From contig CAXNNN010000001.1 in the NCBI GenBank assembly GCA_964203095.1, forward strand, positions 1-40,018: a stretch of 40,018 nt of DNA, given 5' to 3'. How positions within the stretch are numbered: the first letter of the stretch is position 1; each line of letters begins with the position of its first letter. The DNA is from Verrucomicrobiaceae bacterium (GTDB lineage: Bacteria; Verrucomicrobiota; Verrucomicrobiia; Verrucomicrobiales; Verrucomicrobiaceae). Of this stretch, positions 26,942 through 35,938 are shown piece by piece. Below the pieces are notes generated by a model. It did no database searches. It was not told the origin of the DNA and was given only the letters and a program-made list of their open reading frames with translations. Both the position numbers and the translations under genes were made by a program.

Positions 26942-27585
26942 AACGCATCTTGCTTGTCGATGATCACCCCATCATGCGCCACGGATTGGCGCAGTTAATC
27001 CAGATGGAGCCTGGGCTGGAGGTCTGCGGTCAGGCAGGCAGCGCGGTGGATGGGCTCGCGGCAGCACAGAAACTGAGGCCTGACGTGGCGGTGATTGATC
27101 TCACGCTGCCAGACAAGAACGGCTTGGAGCTGTTAAAGGACATCCACGCGCTGCTGCCCAGTGTGAAGTGCATCGTGCTATCCATGCATGATGAAAATCT
27201 TTATGCTGAACGCGCGCTGAAGGCAGGTGCACGGGGCTACATTATGAAAGAGGCTGCTGCAGAGAACTTGATCAATGCGCTGCAACGCGTGCTTGGAGGC
27301 GGCATCTATCTCAGTGATGTCATGGCGAGCCGGATGCTCGAGCAAGTTACCGGACAGCGAGGCAAAGTGGGTAGCTCAGGTGTTGAGCAGCTGACGGATC
27401 GTGAGCTGGAGGTGCTTGAATTGATTGGCAAAGGCACACCGACCAAACTGATTGCTGAGCGGCTGAGTATCAGCGCGCGCACGGTAGAGGCCCATCGCTC
27501 TCACATCAAAGAAAAGCTCAGCCTAACCGATGGTCCAGCGCTGGTGCGCTACGCCGTCCACTGGGTCGAGAGTCGGGCAGCATAA
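26938..27585 (+). CDS. NarL/LuxR-family response regulator
   Basis: MKRILLVDDHPIMRHGL receiver domain and C-terminal LTDRELEVLELIGKGTPTKLIAERLSISARTVEAHR. ATG overlaps the kinase stop (ATGA). Confidence 0.9.
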   Translation: MKRILLVDDHPIMRHGLAQLIQMEPGLEVCGQAGSAVDGLAAAQKLRPDVAVIDLTLPDKNGLELLKDIHALLPSVKCIVLSMHDENLYAERALKAGARGYIMKEAAAENLINALQRVLGGGIYLSDVMASRMLEQVTGQRGKVGSSGVEQLTDRELEVLELIGKGTPTKLIAERLSISARTVEAHRSHIKEKLSLTDGPALVRYAVHWVESRAA

Positions 27586-27697
27586 TGGTTTCCACTACAC
27601 TCTGGCTGCGGTGTTACGCGAGCAATTGAGTCGTAGCCGTGAACAATAGAAGGAAGGTCAGGTGCAGGTAGCATGAAGCCGTAACCCTACACCACCT

Positions 27698-28516
27698 ATG
27701 AACTCTCATTCTGCCAACAAAGCCCGCGAACGTCTGGTCGATAACCTCAGCAGCACGGAATTCTTCAACAATTACAGTTCAGCCTTTGCGCAGCTCACCG
27801 GACTGACATTGACCCTGGATGCCACGCGCGAAGGCGAAGTGCTCACCGCCGCGCAGACGACTTATTCACTGGCTGGTATGGCCGATACCCGGGTCCCTGT
27901 GCGTGTCGGCAAGGCCCTGGTCGCTGCCATCCATACCGGCGGAGTGCGGATCGAGCCGGCCACGGCCCAGGCCTTTGCACCCGTGGCAGCGGCTCTGCTC
28001 GATAGCGGCTGCAGCGCGGCGGAAGTGAAAGCTGAGAGCATCGCCTTCTCGCAGCTGCCAGTGATGCCCAAAGAGCGCTATGAAGCAGCACTGGCCATGC
28101 TGAAATCCTTCGCCTTCCAGCTGGGTGAAAGCGCCCATCGCTTGCTTTTCGCCCACGCACAGCATGAGCCTGAAGCGGTGCGCACGGCGAAGGCGTTCAT
28201 CATGGAGCACTTGGCCGAGCCCATGTCTCTGGAACAAGTCGCGGCCCATGCCCACGTCAGCCCTTTCCACTTCTGCAAGGTCTTCAAGCGCGCCACGGGT
28301 ATGACCTTCACTGACTTCGTCAACCGCGTCCGCGTCGAGAAAGCACGCAAGATGCTGATGCGCCCTGAGGCACGCATCACCGAGGTTGCCTATGACGTGG
28401 GCTTCCAGAGCTTATCACACTTTAACCGTAGCTTCCGCCGCATTGCTGGCGAGTCGCCTACGGAATTCCGCAGCCGCCTGCGCTCACCGCGCGGCATGAC
28501 CTTGGCTGCGGCCTAA
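27698..28516 (+). CDS. AraC-family transcriptional regulator with an uncharacterised (possibly PocR-like) N-terminal domain
   Basis: C-terminal double HTH: LEQVAAHAHVSPFHFCKVFKRATGMTFTDFVNRVRVEKARKML...ITEVAYDVGFQSLSHFNRSFRRIAGESPTEFR. Confidence 0.85.
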   Translation: MNSHSANKARERLVDNLSSTEFFNNYSSAFAQLTGLTLTLDATREGEVLTAAQTTYSLAGMADTRVPVRVGKALVAAIHTGGVRIEPATAQAFAPVAAALLDSGCSAAEVKAESIAFSQLPVMPKERYEAALAMLKSFAFQLGESAHRLLFAHAQHEPEAVRTAKAFIMEHLAEPMSLEQVAAHAHVSPFHFCKVFKRATGMTFTDFVNRVRVEKARKMLMRPEARITEVAYDVGFQSLSHFNRSFRRIAGESPTEFRSRLRSPRGMTLAAA

Positions 28517-28665
28517 CTAGTTGTCCCCACAAAGGACAAGGCCAGTGGCCACAGGCCGCTGGTTCCGCCCCGGAGCACCTCGGGTGAGAGCGACGGTGTT
28601 CCGGGGCCTCTTGCCCAAAAGCAAAGAAGTTGCGCTCTCACCGCTTCCCGGTCAAAACATGAGCC

Positions 28666-29136
28666 ATGCGCTACTGGCTCCTGAAGTCCGAACCGGACGT
28701 TTTTTCCTTCGACGATCTCAAAAACCGCCCTCGCCAAACCGAGCCCTGGAACGGCGTGCGCAACTATCAGGCACGCAACTACATGCGCGACGACATGAGC
28801 GTGGGCGACTTGGGCTTGTTCTACCACTCCAGCTGCGACGAGCCTGGCGTGGCTGGTATCGTGAGAATCTCCAAGGAAGCCTATCCCGACCACACGCAGT
28901 TCGATCCAGCCAGCGAGTATTTTGACGAGGGTAGCAAGCGTGAGGAGCCCCGCTGGCTCATGGTGGATGTGTCTTGGCACGCTGACGTGCCGAAGTATGT
29001 GCATCTGGCGCAGTTGCGTGAAGATTCCGCGCTTGCTGAGATGCTGATCCTCCGCCGCGGCAATCGGCTGTCCATCACGCCGGTCGATGCCACTCACTTC
29101 AAACACATTTGCAAGCTGGGAGGAGTGAAGCTGTGA
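28666..29136 (+). CDS. EVE-domain (PUA-like) protein
   Basis: MRYWLLKSEPDVFSFDDL...WNGVRNYQARNYMRDDMSVGDLGLFYHS is the canonical stand-alone EVE/DUF55 signature. Confidence 0.85.
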   Translation: MRYWLLKSEPDVFSFDDLKNRPRQTEPWNGVRNYQARNYMRDDMSVGDLGLFYHSSCDEPGVAGIVRISKEAYPDHTQFDPASEYFDEGSKREEPRWLMVDVSWHADVPKYVHLAQLREDSALAEMLILRRGNRLSITPVDATHFKHICKLGGVKL

Positions 29137-29849
29137 ATTTGCAAGATCAAGTCTGTGTGATCACGGGTGCTGCACGCGGCATCGGCTTGGCGCTGGCGCA
29201 TATGCTGTCGACCAAAGGCGCACGCGTCGTGCTGGCGGATGTGGATGCCGCCGCGCTGGAGGTGGTGAGTGTGCCAAATGCGAAAGCAGTCGTGTGCGAC
29301 ATCACAAAAGCGAGCGAGGTCGGGCACCTTGCCGCGGAGGCCTCGGCTCTCGGTCCTGTCGCCGTGTGGGTCAACAATGCAGGCCTTGCCCGGCATCGCT
29401 GGATTCCTGATTATACCGAGGCTGAAATTGACCTGATGCTGGCCGTGAACTTGAAGGGCACGATCCTGGGTTCGCAGTCTGCGCTGCGGGCGATGATTCC
29501 GCAGAAGCGCGGGCACATCATCAATGTGATCTCGACGGCAAGTCTGCGCGGCATTCCCAGCGAGACGGTTTACTGCGCGGCAAAGTGGGGCGTGCGAGGC
29601 TTCACTCAAGGCCTCCAAGAAGAGGCGGCGGCGCACCGTATTCGCGTGACCGCCGTGCTACCCGGTGGCGTGGCCACTGAGTTCTGGAGCGGTGCCAGTG
29701 AACGCCAAGCGCCGATGGAGAAGTTCCTCACGCCGCAGCAGGTGGCAGATGCCATTGTCCGAGTGATCGAGATGGACGATGACTGCGTGACCCGTGAGCT
29801 AGTGCTGCGCTCGATCGAGGACAGTGACTTCTCGGTGAAGCCCGCTTGA
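29133..29849 (+). CDS. short-chain dehydrogenase/reductase (SDR)
   Basis: ORF 29109..29849, start placed at GTG 29133 overlapping the EVE stop (GTGA). Cofactor motif ITGAARGIGLA, NNAG, and catalytic YCAAKWG. Confidence 0.85.
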   Translation: MNLQDQVCVITGAARGIGLALAHMLSTKGARVVLADVDAAALEVVSVPNAKAVVCDITKASEVGHLAAEASALGPVAVWVNNAGLARHRWIPDYTEAEIDLMLAVNLKGTILGSQSALRAMIPQKRGHIINVISTASLRGIPSETVYCAAKWGVRGFTQGLQEEAAAHRIRVTAVLPGGVATEFWSGASERQAPMEKFLTPQQVADAIVRVIEMDDDCVTRELVLRSIEDSDFSVKPA

Positions 29850-29862
29850 TCTGTTGAAACAT

Positions 29863-29896
29863 AACGGGCCGCTGTGCTGCCGCAGCGACCCGTTTT
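29863..29896. terminator. intrinsic-terminator-like hairpin between convergent genes
   Basis: AACGGGCCGCTGTG / CGCAGCGACCCGTT forms a 14-bp stem with one mismatch and a 4-nt loop, followed by TTTT on the + strand. Confidence 0.65.
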
Positions 29897-29920
29897 GGGT
29901 TCAGGGTTTGGGGGGAAAGG

Positions 29921-30589
29921 CTACTCGTTGAGGACTACGCGCAGTTGGCCGCTCTGGATTTGAAAATCACGAATGCCCGCGACAAAAGCTTTGAAGGCGG
30001 GGTCATCACTGATTGGCGAATCGGCAAGCATGTTCAGGCCTTTCATGTCGCCCAGCCATGCGTTCGGCAGTGGCACACCACCGACACTGACATCGCTGAT
30101 GCTGAGCGCGAACTTCTGGTTGTCATCCATCTTCGCACCGAGCGAGATGCCGATGCGCAAGGTCATGCCGTTACCCACTTCTCCTTCGGCACCCAGGGGC
30201 AGCAGGAAGGTGGCGGTGCCGCCGCCGTTGTGGAGCGAGACTTTGATTTGCTCGCCCAGGCCTTGCTGCTCGAAGAACGCATTGATCTCGCGATCCGTGA
30301 GAGTCAACGTGCGCTTCTCAACCTCGGGATCGACCGGTGCGGGCAGCGCGGCTCCGCTCTGTTTCAGAGCTTCCAGTTTGTCATCCAGCACGGTTTGCTC
30401 GTTGGCCGTGAGCATAACCGGCGAGAACGGTGACGCGTAAACATTGCGCTTCACCCACCAAGCAGTGCCTGCGGCGGCGAGGGTGGCGCTGCCGAGGATG
30501 ATGCTGGTGACGATGAGGGCTTTCTTTTTCCAGGAACTGCCTGCGACGGCAGGTGCAGCGGAGGGCACAGGAGGCATGGGATCATTCAT
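29921..30589 (-). CDS. hypothetical N-terminally anchored protein
   Basis: 222-aa ORF with a single TM segment (ALIVTSIILGSATLAAAGTAWWV). No family recognised. Confidence 0.6.
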   Translation of the reverse strand: MNDPMPPVPSAAPAVAGSSWKKKALIVTSIILGSATLAAAGTAWWVKRNVYASPFSPVMLTANEQTVLDDKLEALKQSGAALPAPVDPEVEKRTLTLTDREINAFFEQQGLGEQIKVSLHNGGGTATFLLPLGAEGEVGNGMTLRIGISLGAKMDDNQKFALSISDVSVGGVPLPNAWLGDMKGLNMLADSPISDDPAFKAFVAGIRDFQIQSGQLRVVLNE

Positions 30590-30716
30590 GGTAGGGTTCA
30601 GGGCTGGGGTTGCAGCAACGGGTCAGACGATGCGGGTTCGTTTTCGTTCGGCGATTGCACAGATTTTTTGAGAATGGAATCCTTGTCGCCTCTGCTGGGC
30701 TGCCCATGGTCGGCCT

Positions 30717-31436
30717 ATGTGGGATGACGAAGAGGACAAGCAAGAGCAGAAACAGCGGCTTGAGCGCGAGCTAGAACGTCGTCGCAAGCAAGGTGCAACC
30801 TTGGTCCCCGTGGAGGTGCCGAAGAGCACCAAGCTAGCGCGGCAGTTCTGGGGCCAGGCTTGGCAGCGGCATTTGGAAGGCTATGCGGACTATGCATCAC
30901 GCCTGCCGCAGGGGCGTTCGTATCTGCGGCAAGGGCATGTTTTTGATTTGGCGATCAACGAGGGCCTCGTGACGGCGATCGTGACGGGGCAAACGATTTA
31001 CGATGTGCAGGTGAGGATCAAGCCGCTGGACGAGGAGCGCTGGGAGCACTTGCAAAGCCAGTGCTCAGGACGGGTGGGCAGCTTGCTGGATCTTCTCGCT
31101 GGGAAGCTTGGAGATGGGGTGATGAAGCTGGTCACTGATCCGTGCGAGGGTCTATTTCCTCAGCCGAAGGAGATCAAAGTCATCTGCACCTGCCCCGATT
31201 GGGCGGATCTATGCAAGCACGCAGCGGCGGTGCTGTATGCCATTGGCCTGCGATTCGATGCGCAGCCGGAGCTGTTCTTCAAGCTACGCGGTGTGGACTC
31301 CTCGGTCCTCGTCCGAGGTGCGTCTTCTGCCTTGAATGCGGAGGTGCTGTCCACGGACGCAGCGCAGATTGCGTCGGATGATTTGGCTGATGTCTTCGGT
31401 ATTGATCTGACCTATGATGTATCGACTGACAAATAG
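30717..31436 (+). CDS. SWIM zinc-finger protein
   Basis: CxC-x(n)-CxH SWIM signature: ICTCPDWADLCKHAAAVLYAIG. The N-terminal FWGQAWQRHLEGYADYASRLPQGRSYLRQG region is typical of bacterial SWIM proteins. Confidence 0.75.
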   Translation: MWDDEEDKQEQKQRLERELERRRKQGATLVPVEVPKSTKLARQFWGQAWQRHLEGYADYASRLPQGRSYLRQGHVFDLAINEGLVTAIVTGQTIYDVQVRIKPLDEERWEHLQSQCSGRVGSLLDLLAGKLGDGVMKLVTDPCEGLFPQPKEIKVICTCPDWADLCKHAAAVLYAIGLRFDAQPELFFKLRGVDSSVLVRGASSALNAEVLSTDAAQIASDDLADVFGIDLTYDVSTDK

Positions 31437-31461
31437 TGAGTTCGAAAGGCGTGCTAGTGCG

Positions 31462-32931
31462 ATGCGTTTCTTTCTCTCCGCATTGCTAGCCCTGGCTTTC
31501 TCAGCGCTGGCACAGCCTACGATTAAATCACCCTGGTTCGGTATTCATGTCATCGACGAAGCCACGGGGCAGGGCATTCCACTGATCGAGCTGCGCACGG
31601 TCAATGATGTGCGGGTGATCACGGATAATGCGGGCTGGGCCGCCTTTCATGAGCCTGGGCTAATGGATCGCGAGGTGTGGTTCTACCTCAGCCATCATCC
31701 GGGCTACGAGAGGGGGAAGGATGGCTTTGGCTACGAGGGCGCTCGCTTGAAGACCACCCAGGGTGGCTCGGCGGACCTGAAGCTGAAGCGCACGAATATC
31801 GCTCAGCGCATCGCTCGGCTCACGGGTCAGGGTTTGTATCGCGACAGTGAGTTGCTCGGCCTACCCTGCGCGCTGCCGAACCTGAATCCGGCTGGTATCA
31901 TGGGGCAGGACAGCGTGCAGGCGGTGCCGTATGCAGGGAAGATCTTTTGGCTTTGGGGCGACACGAATGTGCCGCACTACCCGCTGGGCAATTTCCAGAC
32001 GACCTCGGCTTTCACACCATTGGCATTGAAGCCAGAGCAAGGAATTGCTTTCGATTATCTGACGGATGACACGCGTCCCGACAAGTTGCGGCACATGCTG
32101 CCGATTCAGGACCAGGGCGCGGTGTGGCTGTTTGGTCTGCTGACGATCAAGAATGTCCAGGGCAAGGAAACGATGCTCGCTCATTACTCGCGCCATCTTG
32201 GTTTGGACAATGCTGTCGAGCATGGGCTGGCGCGCTTCGATGAAGCGAAGGGGCACTTCGTGGTGCTCAAGCAGCTCGACAAAGAAAATGCTTGGCGATT
32301 CCCGCGCGGTCATGCGGTGCAGGCGGGTGAGTGTTTTTATTTCTCGGATAGTTTCCTGCACACGCGTGTGCAGGCGCGGTGGGCAGACTTGATCAGCCCC
32401 GACCACTACGAGGCACTGCGCTATGACGAGACTGCGCATGAGTGGTGCTGGCAACGCGAGCAGCCCCCAACCACACAGCATGACGAGACGCGGCTGCTGC
32501 TGAAAAGCATCATGCCTGACAAAGACGCACGCTATCGTTTGAGGGATCTGGCCACGGGTAAACTGGTGCGCGTGCATGGCAGTAGCGTGCAATGGAATGC
32601 GCATCGCCAGCGCTGGGTGATGATCGCGGTGCAGAGTGGTGATCGCGATACCCCATCGCCGCTGGGCGAGGTCTGGTATGCTGAGGCCGAGACACCTGAG
32701 GGTCCGTGGACGAAGGCCGTCAAGGTGGCCAGCCATCCACGATACTCGTTTTATAATCCGATCCATCACGGCTTTCTCGATGCCGATGGCGGACGCACGA
32801 TTTACTTCGAGGGCACCTACACGCTGGAGTTCTCGGGCAATCCGTATGCGCCTTCGCGCTACAACTACAATCAGCTAATGTATCGTCTGGACCTGGATGA
32901 TGAGCGGATGAAGGCGGTGCGGGCGGAATGA
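31462..32931 (+). CDS. hypothetical secreted protein
   Basis: ORF 31414..32931, start moved to ATG 31462 (MRFFLSALLALAFSALAQP signal peptide). An Ig/carboxypeptidase-regulatory-like N-terminus and a WLWGDT motif suggest a beta-propeller/glycosidase-like fold. That is a guess. Confidence 0.65.
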   Translation: MRFFLSALLALAFSALAQPTIKSPWFGIHVIDEATGQGIPLIELRTVNDVRVITDNAGWAAFHEPGLMDREVWFYLSHHPGYERGKDGFGYEGARLKTTQGGSADLKLKRTNIAQRIARLTGQGLYRDSELLGLPCALPNLNPAGIMGQDSVQAVPYAGKIFWLWGDTNVPHYPLGNFQTTSAFTPLALKPEQGIAFDYLTDDTRPDKLRHMLPIQDQGAVWLFGLLTIKNVQGKETMLAHYSRHLGLDNAVEHGLARFDEAKGHFVVLKQLDKENAWRFPRGHAVQAGECFYFSDSFLHTRVQARWADLISPDHYEALRYDETAHEWCWQREQPPTTQHDETRLLLKSIMPDKDARYRLRDLATGKLVRVHGSSVQWNAHRQRWVMIAVQSGDRDTPSPLGEVWYAEAETPEGPWTKAVKVASHPRYSFYNPIHHGFLDADGGRTIYFEGTYTLEFSGNPYAPSRYNYNQLMYRLDLDDERMKAVRAE

Positions 32932-32989
32932 GCAGCGCGCAGTTGCGCCCGGCTATGCTTATGCGGAGATTATGAAAATTTAATTCCAA

Positions 32990-33910
32990 ATGAAGCAACG
33001 CATCCGCGTCCTCATCGGCACCCGGCCTGAAGTCATTAAGCTCGCCCCCTTCATCATCGAGCTGCAAAGGCGGTCCAGTGAGTTCGATTGTGTGGTCTGC
33101 TCGACCGGTCAGCACAAGGAGATGTTCGCCCAGGCGATGGAGGGCTTCTGATTGAAGGCTGACCTCGATTTGGGTTTGATGACACCGGGGCAGACGCTAG
33201 CGGGCATCACCAGCCTCGCATTTCCAGCGGTGGACACAGCTTTGCAGGAGGTGCAGCCGCAGACCATGATCGTGCACGGCGATTCCACCAGCGCCATGGT
33301 GGGCAACATGTGCGGCTTTTACCGTCAGCTCCGCGTCGGCCATGTGGAGGCTGGGCTGCGCACAGGGAACATTTATTCGCCTTTTCCTGAACAGGTGAAC
33401 CGCAGCATCATCGGCAAGGTCGCTGCGCTGCACTTTGCACCCACGCAGCGATCCGCTGACAACCTTCTGCGCAATAAATCAGTGCATGTCACGGGTAACA
33501 CCGTGGTAGATGCCTTGCAGTTTATCCCTTGCACCTGAATCCCAATGTGCAGCAGCCGGTGAAGGCGATCCTCTCCGATCATCCACGCATCGCCCTGCTG
33601 CCACCGATTCCCTATTCGGCACGGCTTTGGTTGATGGAGCGAGCGCATCTTATCCTGAGCGACAGCTGTGGCATTCAAGAGGAAGCCCCGAGTTTCGGCA
33701 AGCCGTTGCTAGTCATACACCACACGACCGAACCCCCTGAAGTGCTGGATGCTGGCTGTACAAAGCGCGTTGGCACGGACACGACGAACATCGTGAATGA
33801 AGCGCGTGTCTTGATGGGCGATGTGGCCGCGTATGCCAAGATGAGCACCAAGCCGAACCCTTTTTGGTGATGGTTGTGCTGCTCAGGAGATCGCCGACTT
33901 ACTGCTGTAG
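32990..33910 (+). pseudogene. wecB: UDP-N-acetylglucosamine 2-epimerase (WecB-like), inactivated
   Basis: MKQRIRVLIGTRPEVIKLAP...STGQHKEMF..EGF*LKADLDLGLM has an in-frame TGA at 33149-33151. VHGDSTS, HVEAGLRTGNIYSPFPEQ and VTGNTVVDAL are present. About 60-70 expected codons are then missing before YPLHLNPNV, with a frame change. A further frameshift precedes the C-terminal NPFGDGCAAQEIADLLL*. Confidence 0.8.
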
Positions 33911-33949
33911 TCGCGGTGGTGTTTCCGCGCTGCGCGGTCAATATACCGC

Positions 33950-34351
33950 ATGACTGCCAGCGACAATGACGACGCTTTGCAACGCCGCATGGCGAAGTTG
34001 AAGATCCATGAGGACGACTTGGTCGAGCAGTTCACGCGTGGCACGGGTGCGGGCGGGCAGAAGATCAACAAGACGTCGTCAACGGTGCAGTTGAAGCACA
34101 TCCCCTCGGGCCTGGAAGTGCGCTGCCAGCGCGAGCGGTCGCAGTCGGCGAATCGCTACTGGGCAAGAGTGGAGCTGTGTGATCGGCTTGAAGAGCGCAA
34201 GGCAGCCGCCAAGTTGGAAGCGCAAAACGAACGTGAAAAGGAGCGCCGTCAGAAGCGCAAACGCCCGCGTGGGCTGAAGGAGAAGATTTTGAAGACCAAG
34301 CACAAGCGCTCGGACGTGAAGAGCAAGCGCGGTCGGGTGCGGGATGATTGA
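33950..34351 (+). CDS. small RF-1-domain protein with GGQ motif and basic tail (ArfB-like ribosome rescue factor)
   Basis: GTGAGGQKINKTSSTVQLKHIPSG followed by a Lys/Arg-rich C-terminal tail; 133 aa. Confidence 0.75.
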   Translation: MTASDNDDALQRRMAKLKIHEDDLVEQFTRGTGAGGQKINKTSSTVQLKHIPSGLEVRCQRERSQSANRYWARVELCDRLEERKAAAKLEAQNEREKERRQKRKRPRGLKEKILKTKHKRSDVKSKRGRVRDD

Positions 34352-34437
34352 GTCGAGCGCTCTGTCTCCACGTTCCGTGTGCACGCTTTAGCGTGTCAGC
34401 AAACGGTGAGCAGGCTGGAGCGTGAACACCAAATCTG

Positions 34438-35841
34438 TCACGAGAACGATTTGCGCAGATGGCTGGGCAGGATGTTTAGCGCCTCGCGATACTTGGCCAC
34501 CGTGCGCCGGGCGACATGAATACCGCGCTCATTAAGCATCTTGGTGATCTTGTCATCGCTCAGTGGCTTGCGGGTGGACTCGGTGGAGATGATTTCGGCT
34601 ATGGCGTTCTTGACGCTCGTGTTGCTCAAGTCCTCGCCCGATTCGGTCTTCACGCCTTGGGTAAAGAAGTAGCGCATCTCGAACACGCCATGCGGTGTGG
34701 CGATGTATTTGCCAGCGATCGCACGACTCACAGTCGTCTCATGCACGCCCACGGCATCGGCTACCTGGGCCATGTTTAGCGGACGTAAGAAGGCGGATCC
34801 CTTCTCCAGGAACTCCAGCTGGTGCTTCAGGATTTCGACCGCGATTTTTTGGATGGTCGCTTGGCGCTGATGAATGCTGCGGATAAGGAATTTTCCGCCG
34901 CGGATCTTGTCGCGAATATAGTCGCGCACGTCGCTGCGTGCGGCAGGATCGGCCAGCATGTCCTTGTAGGCATTGCTGATGCGCAGGTGTGGCAGGTCAT
35001 CGCCATTCATCATGGCGACCCACTCGCCGCCTTGCTTTTCGGCAACGACATCCGGCGTGACGTAGTGATTCTGCAAACTGGCGAACCGTGATGCAGGTCG
35101 AGGATCGAGGGTGCCAATGAAGTCCGCCGCGCGCGATACTTGCTCAATCGGCACCGCGAGGCGCTTTGAGAGCAGCGGGTAGCGCTTGTTGGCCAGATCG
35201 TCGAGATACTGCTCCACGAGGCGATACGAAAGGCTCTGCTTCTTGCCCAGGCGCTCCATTTGAATGAGCAGGCTCTCGCGCAGATCGACGGCACCCACGC
35301 CCACAGGATCGAAGCGGATCAGCAGTTCCTTAGCTGCGGCGAGCTCGTCCACAGGCACAGCGTGCGAAAGGCTCAGGTCCTCCAGCGTGCTGTGCAGGAA
35401 GCCGTCGTCATTGAGATTGCCGATAAGGAATTCCACTCGCTCCCGCGTCACCTCGTCCGTGCTGGCGGTGCGAAGCTGCTCCATCAGGTGCTCCTGCAGT
35501 GTGGTCGGTGCCACAATGCTGTCCATGATGTAACGCCAGCGTTCGTCGTCAGCGCCACGGTCACGGGTTTGGGGGCGGCTTTGGGACCAGTAATCACGCC
35601 ACTCCTCGTCCATTTGGGAGAGTTGCCGCATCTCGGCATCGTCCTCCAAATCATCGGGCACCGTGTCGTTCAGGGACACCTCGGGTTGCTCCATTTCGAG
35701 CACGGGATTCACCGAGATTTCCTGTTGGACCAAGTTGCGCAGCTCCATCGTCGCAGCCTGCAGAATGTGCAGGCTCTGCTGCATCTGCGGCCCGATGGCG
35801 AGCTTTTGCGTCTGCGATTGATAGAGTCCTTGATCGGCCAT
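34438..35841 (-). CDS. rpoN: RNA polymerase sigma-54 factor
   Basis: ORF 34438..35871, start moved to ATG 35841 (MADQGLYQSQTQKL). Gln-rich region I, C-terminal HTH, and RpoN box ARRTVAKYR. Confidence 0.9.
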   Translation of the reverse strand: MADQGLYQSQTQKLAIGPQMQQSLHILQAATMELRNLVQQEISVNPVLEMEQPEVSLNDTVPDDLEDDAEMRQLSQMDEEWRDYWSQSRPQTRDRGADDERWRYIMDSIVAPTTLQEHLMEQLRTASTDEVTRERVEFLIGNLNDDGFLHSTLEDLSLSHAVPVDELAAAKELLIRFDPVGVGAVDLRESLLIQMERLGKKQSLSYRLVEQYLDDLANKRYPLLSKRLAVPIEQVSRAADFIGTLDPRPASRFASLQNHYVTPDVVAEKQGGEWVAMMNGDDLPHLRISNAYKDMLADPAARSDVRDYIRDKIRGGKFLIRSIHQRQATIQKIAVEILKHQLEFLEKGSAFLRPLNMAQVADAVGVHETTVSRAIAGKYIATPHGVFEMRYFFTQGVKTESGEDLSNTSVKNAIAEIISTESTRKPLSDDKITKMLNERGIHVARRTVAKYREALNILPSHLRKSFS

Positions 35842-35919
35842 TTGAGTTGGTAGGGCACCAACAAGCCGCACACCAATACGTACTCAAGCATTAAACGGGC
35901 CAATTTATTGACATGATTT

Positions 35920-35938
35920 TTCGACCCCGCCCCCGAGC
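35920..35938 (+). repeat. near-copy of the 3' end of the tRNA-Phe gene (att-like fragment)
   Basis: TTCGACCCCGCCCCCGAGC here versus TTCGACCCCGTCCCGAGCC at 37268-37286, in the same orientation. The differences are one substitution, one extra C and the terminal base. Confidence 0.6.

Noticed and set aside
33149-33151. The in-frame TGA in the wecB-like gene as selenocysteine or programmed readthrough.
   Set aside because: The position is not a catalytic Cys or Sec site in this family, and I see no SECIS-like hairpin. The gene also has two further disruptive lesions, so pseudogenisation is the simpler reading.
34352-34437. A possible fifth word-periodic hairpin (CACGTTC CGTGTG CACGC / GCGTGTCAGCAAACGGTG) between the ArfB-like gene and rpoN.
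   Set aside because: Only the central ACGC-TTTA-GCGT pairs cleanly and the outer arms pair poorly. I treat it as an ordinary weak hairpin between convergent genes.
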